A DNA stretch of 64,000 nucleotides from an uncultured Chloroflexia bacterium (GTDB taxonomy: Bacteria; Chloroflexota; Limnocylindria; Limnocylindrales; CSP1-4), in the NCBI GenBank assembly GCA_963766675.1, contig CAVYBA010000002.1, forward strand, positions 1,978,806-2,042,805. The letters run 5' to 3'. Position numbers and translations under genes: made by a program. This document shows positions 1-8,286 of the stretch, in pieces (positions within the stretch are counted from its first letter, which is position 1; every line of letters begins with the position of its first letter). Under the pieces are notes generated by a model that saw only the letters and a program-made list of their open reading frames with translations, was not told the origin of the DNA and made no database searches.

Positions 1-783
1 CAGTCCCTTGGATCCACCGAGCGATTCCGAGGTCGCCCCGGACCCTGCACCACCAACGGCCTGGCCCAGCGTCGGCGCCGATGCCGCGCTGGGCCCTCCA
101 GGAAGCGTCCACGGGAAGGTGGTCACCAGCAAGCCGGCCAGGCCGATCGTTGTCAGCCCGATCGCCAGCGGCCGGCTGAACGCATCTCGCGTCGACCCGA
201 AGATCGCGATCAGGCGGCGCCAACCGGTGCCGCGAAGGCGGCGCGCGTCGTCGGCAGAGATGGCGTAGTCGCGGACTCGTGGCGGCGGCGTCAGCGCCGT
301 CGTGGCTTCGCGCAGGGCGAGGAGGTCCCGATGGAGCGCCGCGCAGTCGTTGCACGCGGCGACCTGGGCCTCGGCGCGGGGACGATCGGGATCCCTCGTG
401 GCTCGATCGAGGAGGCTGGCGACCAGCATCGTGTCGTGGGTCCGATGGTCGACCTTGGGAAGCGGCATCTCCCCGGCGAGACGGGTGTCACGCGTCCGAG
501 GTTCCCCGGGCGATGCGACAGTCGGCCGGACCCTGGTCGCGTCGCCGGCCGTCAGCGAGAAGTCGCGCGTCCTCTTTGCGGCCGGCAGAGCGCGAGTCGC
601 CGCGGCGAGTGCGATGAGGTCGTCGTGCAGGCAAGCGCACGTCGCGCAGGTCGTCAGGAGGCGTTCGGCGACCGACCGCTCGCTCGCGGCAAGGTCCGGA
701 TCCAGCAGCGAGGCGACCGCGAGGTCGTGCCATTCGGCGTGTTCGTCCCGCGACACCTCGTTCCCGGCCGGACCGTCAGCCAC
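1..783 (-). CDS. Anti-sigma factor (partial; 3' end beyond the left window edge) with two tandem CxxC anti-sigma-like repeats and one TM helix
   Basis: Absent from the ORF track because there is no stop in the window. I checked all 261 minus-strand triplets from 783 to 1 and found no stop. GTG at 783-781 overlaps the sigma stop (GTGGCTGA). Translation: VADGPAGNEV..AERLLTTCATCACLHDDL..AQVAACNDCAALHRDL..RPLAIGLTTIGLAGLLVTTFPW. Sits directly downstream of the ECF sigma gene. Confidence 0.6.
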   Translation of the reverse strand, partial: MADGPAGNEVSRDEHAEWHDLAVASLLDPDLAASERSVAERLLTTCATCACLHDDLIALAAATRALPAAKRTRDFSLTAGDATRVRPTVASPGEPRTRDTRLAGEMPLPKVDHRTHDTMLVASLLDRATRDPDRPRAEAQVAACNDCAALHRDLLALREATTALTPPPRVRDYAISADDARRLRGTGWRRLIAIFGSTRDAFSRPLAIGLTTIGLAGLLVTTFPWTLPGGPSAASAPTLGQAVGGAGSGATSESLGGSKGL

Positions 784-1435
784 GGAACAGTTCCATGCGA
801 CCTTCGAGCAGCGCGCGCAGCGCCAGCCGACCGCGGTGGATCCGCGATTTGACCGTCCCGAGCGAGACGCCAGTCATGTCGGCGATCTCCGCGTAGTCGA
901 ATCCCTCGACGTCGTACAGGACGATCGCCGCACGCTGATCCGCGGTGATGGCGGCCAGGGCGCCCGACAGCACGCTCGTCCGCTCCGCCAGGACGGCGAT
1001 CCGCTCTGGATCGGTCTCAGCGCCTGCCGGCGGCTGCCAGCTCTCGTCCTCGAGCTCCGGGTACGGCTGGACCGGCCGTCGCTTGCGGGCGCGCTGCGTG
1101 TCCATCGCCGCGTTGACGCAGATCCGGTTGAGCCACGACTTGACGCTGCCGCCACGGAACAAATCGAGATGCCGGAACGCCGAGAAGAACGCCTCCTGGA
1201 CCGCATCCGACGCCTGGTCGCGGTCAGGCACCATCCGCACGACCAGCGCGAAGAGTTGGTCCTGGTACAGCGAGACGAGGTCGTTGAAGGCTCCGAGATC
1301 GCCCTCGCGGGAGCGCTCGAGCAGGATGAGGTCGCGGCGCTGGACGGGGTCATCGATGACCGTCGTCGAGCGAAGGTCCTCCACGGTCGGGGGATCCCTC
1401 CGGACGGCGATTCTGAGGCTGGGCGAGTCTAGCAT
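776..1435 (-). CDS. ECF-type RNA polymerase sigma-70 family factor
   Basis: 219-aa ORF. Region 2 (DLVSLYQDQLFALVVRMV..DAVQEAFFSAFR) and region 4.2 HTH (YAEIADMTGVSLGTVKSRIHRGR) are recognisable. True start could be slightly downstream. Confidence 0.85.
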   Translation of the reverse strand: MLDSPSLRIAVRRDPPTVEDLRSTTVIDDPVQRRDLILLERSREGDLGAFNDLVSLYQDQLFALVVRMVPDRDQASDAVQEAFFSAFRHLDLFRGGSVKSWLNRICVNAAMDTQRARKRRPVQPYPELEDESWQPPAGAETDPERIAVLAERTSVLSGALAAITADQRAAIVLYDVEGFDYAEIADMTGVSLGTVKSRIHRGRLALRALLEGRMELFRG

Positions 1436-1448
1436 CGGATCCCGGGCG

Positions 1449-1475
1449 AGACGCCGAGGTCCCGTCGTGGGTTCC
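1449..1475 (-). promoter_or_regulatory. Candidate ECF-type (autoregulatory) promoter GGAAC-N17-CGTCT
   Basis: Minus strand reads GGAAC (1475..1471), a 17-nt spacer, then CGTCT (1453..1449), 13 nt upstream of the sigma ATG. Resembles the GGAAC/CGT ECF promoter pattern. Sequence-only call. Confidence 0.35.
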
Positions 1476-1567
1476 GGTGGCCGATCTCGCGGCGGGCGAA
1501 TGTCTCAGCGCTTCATGGCAGCACACCTGACCGCCGCGAGGGACGCGCTCCCGGGTCGATCGTCATC

Positions 1568-1654
1568 TGGTGCGGCGAGTGGGACTTGAACCCACACGTC
1601 CTCACGGACAGCAGAGTTTGAGTCTGCCCTGTCTGCCAATTCCAGCACCGCCGC
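1568..1654 (-). tRNA. tRNA-Leu (anticodon CAA), 87 nt with encoded CCA
   Basis: Reverse complement GCGGCGGTGCTGGAATTGGCAGACAGGGCAGACTCAAACTCTGCTGTCCGTGAGGACGTGTGGGTTCAAGTCCCACTCGCCGCACCA. It has a 7-bp acceptor stem, anticodon stem GCAGA/TCTGC with loop CTCAAAC, a long variable arm and T-loop GGTTCAAGTCC. Confidence 0.95.
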
Positions 1655-1800
1655 GAAGCCACACTATAGCCGGAGGCGAATCGGTCGTAGTATGGAACGC
1701 GCGTTCAGTTCTCTCACGGCCCCGTCCTGCCGTGTCTCACACAGCCAATTCACTCGGCGGTGGCATGATCGCGCGGCCCGCGCTCGATGAAGGAGTCCGC

Positions 1801-2364
1801 ATGTTCCGCCGTTTCCTGGGAACCGTTCAGTCCGGCATTCCCTCCTCGCCCGTCTCTGCCGCGCCGAGCACGGCCGGCGACACCGCGACCGTCCGTCGGA
1901 TCGTTGCCCGATTGGAGGCGATGCCACCCGAGCGGGCCAGGCTCATCGCGTCTGCCGCCTACACGCTCGCTCGGGCGGCGAACGCGGATCTCGAGATCAG
2001 CGACGACGAAACGGCGGCGATCGAGCACGAGCTGCAGGCGCACGACGGGCTGGACGAGGCCACCGCCGTGCTCGTGACCCAGATGGCCAAGCTCCAGGCG
2101 CGGACGGTGGGCGGCGCCGAGGACTACTCCGTCACCCGCGAGTTCAAGGCGCTCGCCACGCGCGAGCAACGCCTCGACGTCCTGCGCGCCTGCTTCGCGG
2201 TCGGCGCGGCGAACGGGACGATCTCGGCCGAGGAGAACGCCGTCACCAACCAGATCGCCCGCGAGCTCGACGTCGATGACGCGACGCTCAACGCGATCCG
2301 CGCGGAGTACCACGAGCAGCTCTCGTCGGTCCAGCGCATCCGGCGCGTCACCGAGGGTCATTGA
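1801..2364 (+). CDS. TerB-family (tellurite-resistance-like) protein
   Basis: ATG 1801 preceded by AAGGAG (1789-1794). The track ORF start at 1570 overlaps the tRNA and is rejected; an in-frame ATG at 1765 is an alternative. Two TerB-like helical repeats (ADLEISDDETAAIEHEL.. and ANGTISAEENAVTNQIAREL). Confidence 0.6.
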   Translation: MFRRFLGTVQSGIPSSPVSAAPSTAGDTATVRRIVARLEAMPPERARLIASAAYTLARAANADLEISDDETAAIEHELQAHDGLDEATAVLVTQMAKLQARTVGGAEDYSVTREFKALATREQRLDVLRACFAVGAANGTISAEENAVTNQIARELDVDDATLNAIRAEYHEQLSSVQRIRRVTEGH

Positions 2365-2387
2365 CCCGGCGGACCAGCCGGCGGCGA

Positions 2388-5300
2388 TCACGCGCCGGCG
2401 AGTCGAAGCTCCACCAAGCCGTCTCCGAGCCGCCGGCGGATCTCCGACAGAAGCTCCGCATCGTAGGCGACACCGAGTCGCAGCTCCATCGGAAGTCCGG
2501 CGACCCCTCCCGGGCCGGGAAGGTGGATCACGACCCGGGTGTCGCCCGGCCGGTCGCGGAGCACGCCCCGGAACGCCTCCATGGCCTGAATGACCCGATC
2601 GCTCGGCCCGGTCATCGCGAAGTTGACGTGGAGCACCGTGTTGGGCCCGGCATCGACCGGAGCGTCCGCGGTGGCGTCTGCGACGATCCGCGCCCGGGCT
2701 TCGTCGGGCACGGCCGGCTCGTCCCGCCCGTCGGACGGCGGCACGCCGCCGGGCAGCTCGACGTGGGCACCGATGGGTTCCGCCGGGGCGATCGGTGGGA
2801 GCGCCGTCGCGGCGGACCCGCCGCCCCGACGCGGCGACACGTAGGGCACGGCCGGGACCGGCGAGAGGGCGTCGCCTGACGGGTGGGACGAAGCTGCTCC
2901 GGGGCCTGACGGCACGGGCGGCCTGGCGGCGACCGGCGGCGGGCCGTACCCGGAGCGGGAGGGGCCTGGACCGGGGGGTCCCGGGCGACCGCCGGACATT
3001 GACGCGCCGTTCATCGCCGTTCCGTTGCCGTGGCCGGCCGGTGCTCGCCGCCCGGACCCCCGATCGGAGGCGGCGACCTGTCGGGCGAACGCCTCCGGGC
3101 CGGCCGCCGACGCCTGGTCCCATTCGACGGCGAGGTCGGCCAGCAGGGATACGTCCTCACCCTTGTGGTCGACCCGACCGGCCACCAGCAGGATCTCGCC
3201 CTCTCGCCAGGTCGACCCGGTCTGCTCGTAGAGCCGGGGGAAGACGACCACCTCGACGGTCCCCTGCAGATCCTCGATGGTCACGATCGCCATCGTCGCC
3301 TTGGCCTTCGTGATCACCGTCCGGACGCCCGTGACGATGCCGCCGATCACGACCCGCTGGCCGTCGAGAGACTCGTCGCGGAGGTCGCTCGAATAGGCGC
3401 TCACGAACTGGCCGACGCGTTCGGCGACCTCGCCCATCGGGTGCTCGGACAGGTACAGCCCGAGCAGCTCCTTCTCCCATCGGAGTCGCTCGCGAACCGG
3501 CACCTCGGTCGCCGCGGGCAGCGGCCGCTCGAAGGCCGCGGCGTCGGCCGCGCCCAGGTCGAACAGCGACGTCTGCCCGGAGATTCGGTCGCGCTGCGTC
3601 GCCTGCGCGCCCGCGACGGCATCCTCCAACCCGAGCAGGATCTGGGCCGGGTGCCCGAACGCGTTCAGGGCGCCGACCTTCGCCAGCGCCTCGAGCACCT
3701 TCCGGTTGGCCAGGCGGAGATCGATCCGGGTGCAGAAATCGGTCAGCGAGCGGAACGGGCCGCCCTCGTCGCGAGCCGCGATGATCAATTCGATCGCCCC
3801 CTCGCCGACGTTCTTGACCGCCAGCAGCCCGAACCGGATGGAGTCGCCCTCGACGGTGAACTCGAGGTGGCTGCGGTGGACATCGGGCGGGAGGACCGGG
3901 ATCCCCATCCGCCGGCACTCGGCGACCGCGGCCGCGACCTTTTCCTCGTTCGACCGGAACGCCGTCAGAACCGCGGTCATGTAGTCGACCGTGTGGTTGG
4001 CCTTGAGGTATGCCGTCTGGTAGGCGATCAGCCCGTAGCAGGTCGCGTGGGCCTTGTTGAAGCCGTAGCGCTCGAACGGCTCGAAGGCCGTGAACACCGC
4101 ATCGATCGTTGCCGCCGGCACGCCGCGCTCGGCGGCCCGGGTGACGAACTTCTCCTTCTGCGCGCGCAGGACCGCGGACTTCTTCTTGCGGATGGCGTAG
4201 CCCAGGGTGTCGGCCTCGGGGCCGGTGAACCCGCCGAGGGCCATCGCCGCGGACATGATGTCCTCCTGGTACACGAAGATCCCGTACGTCTTCTCGAGGT
4301 ACGGCTCGAGCAGCGGGTGCAGGTAGGTCACCGGTTCCTGGCCATGCTTCCGCCGGATGTAGGCCGGGATGTTGTCCATCGGCCCGGGCCGGTAGAGCGC
4401 GACCATGGCGGCCAGGTCGTAGACGGACGTCGGGCGCAGGTCGCGGACGTAGCGGCGCATGCCCGCCGACTCCAGCTGGAAGATCCCGGTCGTCTCGCCC
4501 GAGGCCAGCAGGTCGAAGGTCTTCGCGTCGTCGAGCGGGATGTGCTCGAGGTCGATCGCGATCCCGCGGTTGTCGCGGACGAGCTCGACGGCCTGGCGGA
4601 GGATCGTCAGGTTCGACAGGCCCAGGAAGTCGAACTTGAGCAGGCCCAGCGCCTCGATCGCGTGCATCTCGTACTGGGTCATCAGCCCGTCCGAGTTGGT
4701 CGCCTTCTGGAGCGGCATCAGCTCCGTCAACGGTTCGCGGCTGATGACCACACCGGCGGCGTGGGTCGAGGCGTTGCGGGCGACGCCCTCGAGGTGCCGC
4801 GCGAAGTCGATGATCCGCTTGACCGCCGGGTCCGCCTCGACCTGGCCGCGGAGGTCGGGCGAGAGCTGGAGCGCCTCGTCGAGCTTGATCCCGAGCTGGT
4901 TCGGGACCGCCTTGGCAATCCGGTCGACCTCGCCGTAGGAGTGGCCCAGGACGCGACCCACGTCGCGGATCGCCGCCCGCGCGAGCATCGTGCCGAAGGT
5001 GATGATCTGGGCGACATGGTCCTGGCCATACTTGCGCCCGACGTAGGCGATGACCTCCTCACGGCGCCCGTCCTCGAAGTCGACGTCGATGTCCGGCATC
5101 GTCACCCGGTCGGGGTTGAGGAAGCGCTCGAACGGGAGCTGGTAGAGGATCGGGTCGACCGGCGTGATCCCCAGCGTGTACGTCACGACCGACCCGGGCG
5201 CGGAGCCTCGGCAGGTGGTCTGGATGCGCTGCTCTCGGGCAAACGCGATGAAGTCGGCCACGATCAGGAAGTAGCCGGCGTAGCCCATCGAGAGGATCAC

Positions 5301-6290
5301 GCCGAGCTCGTAGTCGAGCCGCGCCTGCAGCTCGGGCGTCACCGTTGCATAGCGGCGTTCGAGCCCGCGCTGGCACTCCGCCCGCAGCCAGCTCTCCGTG
5401 GTGTGACCCTCGGGCACCGGGAAGTGCGGGATCCTGAGCTGCCCCAATGGCAGTTCGATGTCGGTCATCTCGGCGATCCGCCGGGTGTTCAGGATGGCGT
5501 CGGGCTGGTCGGGGAACAGCGCGGCCATCTCTGCGGCCGACTTCACGTAGAACTCGTTCGTGTCGAAGCGCATCCGGTTGGGAGTGTCGAGGTTGTTGCC
5601 GGTTCCCACGCAGAGCAGGACGTCGTGCGCCTCCGACTGGTCACGCCGGACGTAGTGGAGGTCGTTGGTGACGACCAGCGACAGCCCGGTCTCGGGCGCC
5701 AGCCGGAGGAGCTGCTCGTTGAGCCGCCGCTGCTCGGGCAGGCCGTGATCCTGGAGCTCGAGATAGAAGCGATCCCTGCCGAAGATGTCCCCGTACTCCC
5801 CCGCCAGGTTGCGGGCGAGCTCCCAGTCCCCGCTCTCCAGCGCCCGCGGGATCTCACCCGTCAGGCAGGCCGACATGCCGATGAGGCCGGCGCTGTGGCG
5901 AGCCAGATGCTCCCGGTCGATGCGGGGCTTGTAGTAGTAGCCGTCGATGTGCGCGTCCGTGATCAGGCGACACAGGTTCTGGTAGCCGGTCCAGTCCTGG
6001 GCGAGCAGGACCAGGTGGAACGGCTGGGCGTCGGCCTTGCCCTCCCTGTCGGTCATCGACCGGCGGGCGACATAAGTCTCAACGCCGATGATCGGCTTGA
6101 TCGCCCTCGCCTTCGCGGCCTGGTAGAAGGCGACCGCGCCGTACAGTGCGCCGTGGTCCGTGATCGCCATCGAGTCCATGCCGTGCTGGGCGGCCGCGTC
6201 GACCAGCTCGGTGATCCGCCCCAGACCGTCCAACAGGCTGAATTCGGAGTGGACGTGGAGGTGGGCGAAGTCGTTCGGAGCGATGGTCAC
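2388..6290 (-). CDS. dnaE: DNA polymerase III alpha subunit (DnaE1) with a Pro/Gly-rich insertion before the C-terminal domain
   Basis: PHP motif HLHVHSEFSLLDG, polymerase core, OB fold and C-terminal domain. Start taken as GTG 6290 (VTIAPNDFAHLHVH), with TACCAT 8 nt upstream; TTG 6299 is an alternative. The ORF extension to 6491 is probably not translated. Confidence 0.93.
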   Translation of the reverse strand: MTIAPNDFAHLHVHSEFSLLDGLGRITELVDAAAQHGMDSMAITDHGALYGAVAFYQAAKARAIKPIIGVETYVARRSMTDREGKADAQPFHLVLLAQDWTGYQNLCRLITDAHIDGYYYKPRIDREHLARHSAGLIGMSACLTGEIPRALESGDWELARNLAGEYGDIFGRDRFYLELQDHGLPEQRRLNEQLLRLAPETGLSLVVTNDLHYVRRDQSEAHDVLLCVGTGNNLDTPNRMRFDTNEFYVKSAAEMAALFPDQPDAILNTRRIAEMTDIELPLGQLRIPHFPVPEGHTTESWLRAECQRGLERRYATVTPELQARLDYELGVILSMGYAGYFLIVADFIAFAREQRIQTTCRGSAPGSVVTYTLGITPVDPILYQLPFERFLNPDRVTMPDIDVDFEDGRREEVIAYVGRKYGQDHVAQIITFGTMLARAAIRDVGRVLGHSYGEVDRIAKAVPNQLGIKLDEALQLSPDLRGQVEADPAVKRIIDFARHLEGVARNASTHAAGVVISREPLTELMPLQKATNSDGLMTQYEMHAIEALGLLKFDFLGLSNLTILRQAVELVRDNRGIAIDLEHIPLDDAKTFDLLASGETTGIFQLESAGMRRYVRDLRPTSVYDLAAMVALYRPGPMDNIPAYIRRKHGQEPVTYLHPLLEPYLEKTYGIFVYQEDIMSAAMALGGFTGPEADTLGYAIRKKKSAVLRAQKEKFVTRAAERGVPAATIDAVFTAFEPFERYGFNKAHATCYGLIAYQTAYLKANHTVDYMTAVLTAFRSNEEKVAAAVAECRRMGIPVLPPDVHRSHLEFTVEGDSIRFGLLAVKNVGEGAIELIIAARDEGGPFRSLTDFCTRIDLRLANRKVLEALAKVGALNAFGHPAQILLGLEDAVAGAQATQRDRISGQTSLFDLGAADAAAFERPLPAATEVPVRERLRWEKELLGLYLSEHPMGEVAERVGQFVSAYSSDLRDESLDGQRVVIGGIVTGVRTVITKAKATMAIVTIEDLQGTVEVVVFPRLYEQTGSTWREGEILLVAGRVDHKGEDVSLLADLAVEWDQASAAGPEAFARQVAASDRGSGRRAPAGHGNGTAMNGASMSGGRPGPPGPGPSRSGYGPPPVAARPPVPSGPGAASSHPSGDALSPVPAVPYVSPRRGGGSAATALPPIAPAEPIGAHVELPGGVPPSDGRDEPAVPDEARARIVADATADAPVDAGPNTVLHVNFAMTGPSDRVIQAMEAFRGVLRDRPGDTRVVIHLPGPGGVAGLPMELRLGVAYDAELLSEIRRRLGDGLVELRLAGA

Positions 6291-6298
6291 GGCGGTCA

Positions 6299-6304
6299 AT
6301 GGTA
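6299..6304 (-). promoter_or_regulatory. -10-like TACCAT 8 nt upstream of the dnaE GTG (near-leaderless)
   Basis: Minus strand reads gggcTACCATtgaccgccGTG. No Shine-Dalgarno sequence. Confidence 0.35.
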
Positions 6305-6602
6305 GCCCGCCCAGGACGTCGCCGGCGGCGGGCCATCTCGATGGGTACGCGTTCTCGAGTGCCGGAGGCTCGATCTGCGATGCCGGTTCGCCTCCCCCTG
6401 CACGTGCCGTCAAGTCGGAGGAGAATCGCCGCCGGTCAGGCGAGCTGCCGGGGCCGGTCCAGTCGGGAGGTGATGGTGGACGAGCGAGCAACGCTCACCA
6501 CGCGTCAAGTGTTCGATCCGACGGCCACGCCCTTGCTCGCCAGGAGCCCGTCGCCGTGATGGCCCGGCCTCGGTCCGTCTCGACCCGATTGGCGCGAGGG
6601 CG

Positions 6603-7469
6603 GTGATGGCAACCCCCGGTCGATCGAGCGCACGTTCCCCTCTCCCCGGCTCCGACTTCAACGGCGCCGCCTACGAGTGGCGTCGCCTGCTCGCGGAGGC
6701 ACTCGGAACGTTCTTTCTCGTCCTGGTGGCGGTGGCCGGCCCCATGGTCGACGTGCGCTTCGGGGGCCACGTCATCTCCCTGTCTGCCCAGGTCGCTGCG
6801 CCGGGCCTGATGGTCGCCGCGATCATTCTGTCGATGGGCGCTGTGTCAGGCGCGCATCTCAACCCGGGCGTCAGCGTCGCGTTCGCGCTCCGTGGCGATT
6901 TCCCGTGGCGCCGCGTGCCCATGTACGTGTTGGCACAGCTCGTCGGCGCCGTCCTTGCGACACTGATTCTGGTGGCGCTCTTCGGCCGGCAGGACACATC
7001 GGGTCTGACCCTTCCTGGGCCAGGAATCGGCGAGGGAACCGCGATGGCCTGGGAGATGGTGCTCAGCGTCGGCCTGGTCACCGTGATCCTCGGGACCGCG
7101 TCGGGCGCGCAGAACATCGGGCCGCTGAACGCCATCGGTGTCGGGAGCTACATCGTGCTGGCCGGCCTGATCGGAGCGCCCGTGAGCGGAGCCTCGATGA
7201 ACACGGCCCGCTCATTGGGTCCCGCGTTGGTGCTCGGTGACACGACGGCCTGGTGGGTCTACGTGGTCGGGCCGCTCGGCGGTGCCGTCGTCGCGGCCGG
7301 GATCGGATACCTGCTGCGTGGCCCGGGCGGCGGCTACTCAGGCACCAGGGCCGCCCAGGGGACCCTGGGCTGGACGTGGCGCCCGGGGCCCATCGGGCCC
7401 GTCAAACCCACACACGACCCAACGGCTCCCGAGGAGGCCCGCGTCGACGATGACCACGACCTCCCCTGA
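6603..7469 (+). CDS. MIP-family channel (aquaporin / glycerol-facilitator-like) with non-canonical NPG and NTA boxes
   Basis: 288 aa with six predicted TM segments. SGAHLNPGVSVAF (NPG at 6861-6869) and SGASMNTARSLGPAL (NTA at 7200-7208). GTG 6603 or ATG 6606 as start. Confidence 0.85.
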   Translation: MMATPGRSSARSPLPGSDFNGAAYEWRRLLAEALGTFFLVLVAVAGPMVDVRFGGHVISLSAQVAAPGLMVAAIILSMGAVSGAHLNPGVSVAFALRGDFPWRRVPMYVLAQLVGAVLATLILVALFGRQDTSGLTLPGPGIGEGTAMAWEMVLSVGLVTVILGTASGAQNIGPLNAIGVGSYIVLAGLIGAPVSGASMNTARSLGPALVLGDTTAWWVYVVGPLGGAVVAAGIGYLLRGPGGGYSGTRAAQGTLGWTWRPGPIGPVKPTHDPTAPEEARVDDDHDLP

Positions 7470-7544
7470 CGTCCCTCGACGGATGGTCACGGGAGTCAAT
7501 GCTCGCCGTGGGTCGCCTGTCCCGCTGGTGTCCCGCCGACCGGC

Positions 7545-7550
7545 TAGAGT
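7545..7550 (+). promoter_or_regulatory. -10-like TAGAGT exactly 6 nt upstream of ATG 7557 (putative leaderless promoter)
   Basis: cggcTAGAGTccccgcATG with no SD. Same geometry recurs at six other genes in the window. Confidence 0.45.
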
Positions 7551-7556
7551 CCCCGC

Positions 7557-7934
7557 ATGATTCCCTCGGACGTCGACGACGAGGCCATGGAATCCATGGT
7601 CGTGGCTGCCCTCGACCGCCTGCCCGAGGGGTTCCGGGAGCCGCTCGCGTCGGTGGCCATCGTCATCGAGGATGAGGCCGACGCCGCCCAGCTCGCGTCG
7701 GTCGGCGCGCGCGGCCTGTTTGGCCTGTATCAGGGCATCCCCCGGACACGGCTGTCAGCCGACACCGCGGCGACGCCGAGCAAGATCACGATCTTCCGCG
7801 GCCCGATCGTGCGCGCGAGCGCGGACCCCGACTCCCTCGAAGCGCTCGTGGCAGAGACGGTCTATCACGAGATTGCCCACCACTTCGGGATCTCCGACGA
7901 GCGGCTCGGCGAACTGCGGCGCGGGGGTCACTGA
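7557..7934 (+). CDS. Small zincin-like metallopeptidase family protein
   Basis: 125 aa with an HEIAHH metal-binding motif near the C-terminus (VYHEIAHHFGISDERL). Architecture matches the short possible-zinc-metallopeptidase family. Confidence 0.65.
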   Translation: MIPSDVDDEAMESMVVAALDRLPEGFREPLASVAIVIEDEADAAQLASVGARGLFGLYQGIPRTRLSADTAATPSKITIFRGPIVRASADPDSLEALVAETVYHEIAHHFGISDERLGELRRGGH

Positions 7935-8286
7935 GCACCTCGGTCGCGACCGGGGCGATCCGCTCCACCCAGCCGCGTGTACTGCCGCGGCGCTCGGGTG
8001 CAGGCCGTCGGCGGCGGGCGCCCAGCCGACGCAGCGCACGGCAGCCGGGCTTCGAGACCACGTCGGCCAAGCGTGGCGCACCCGAGCGTCACAGCCGCCG
8101 CGCGAAAAGGTGATGTGGGGCCTATCCTGCACTTCGACCATCCAGCCGGCCCTTGCCCCGTGAGGCGTGCGGTCGGTACGATGCGAGACATTGGCGGCTC
8201 CATCGGAGTCGCCGCCCGCCGTTCAGCGCGATCCCTGGGCAGCAGCCCGTCACGGACGCCTGAACCGCGAACCTGGAGGAGGAAAC

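Noticed and set aside
1436-1800. tRNA-Leu as a possible integration site for a genomic island
   Set aside because: No integrase, no direct repeat of the tRNA 3' end, and no compositional shift nearby. The flanking genes are ordinary chromosomal genes.
3030-6305. 1091-aa plus-strand ORF covering almost all of dnaE in antisense
   Set aside because: Arg/Gly/Ala/Pro/Asp-dominated composition with no recognisable motifs. It lies exactly opposite an unmistakable DnaE. Long stop-free antisense frames are expected at this GC content.
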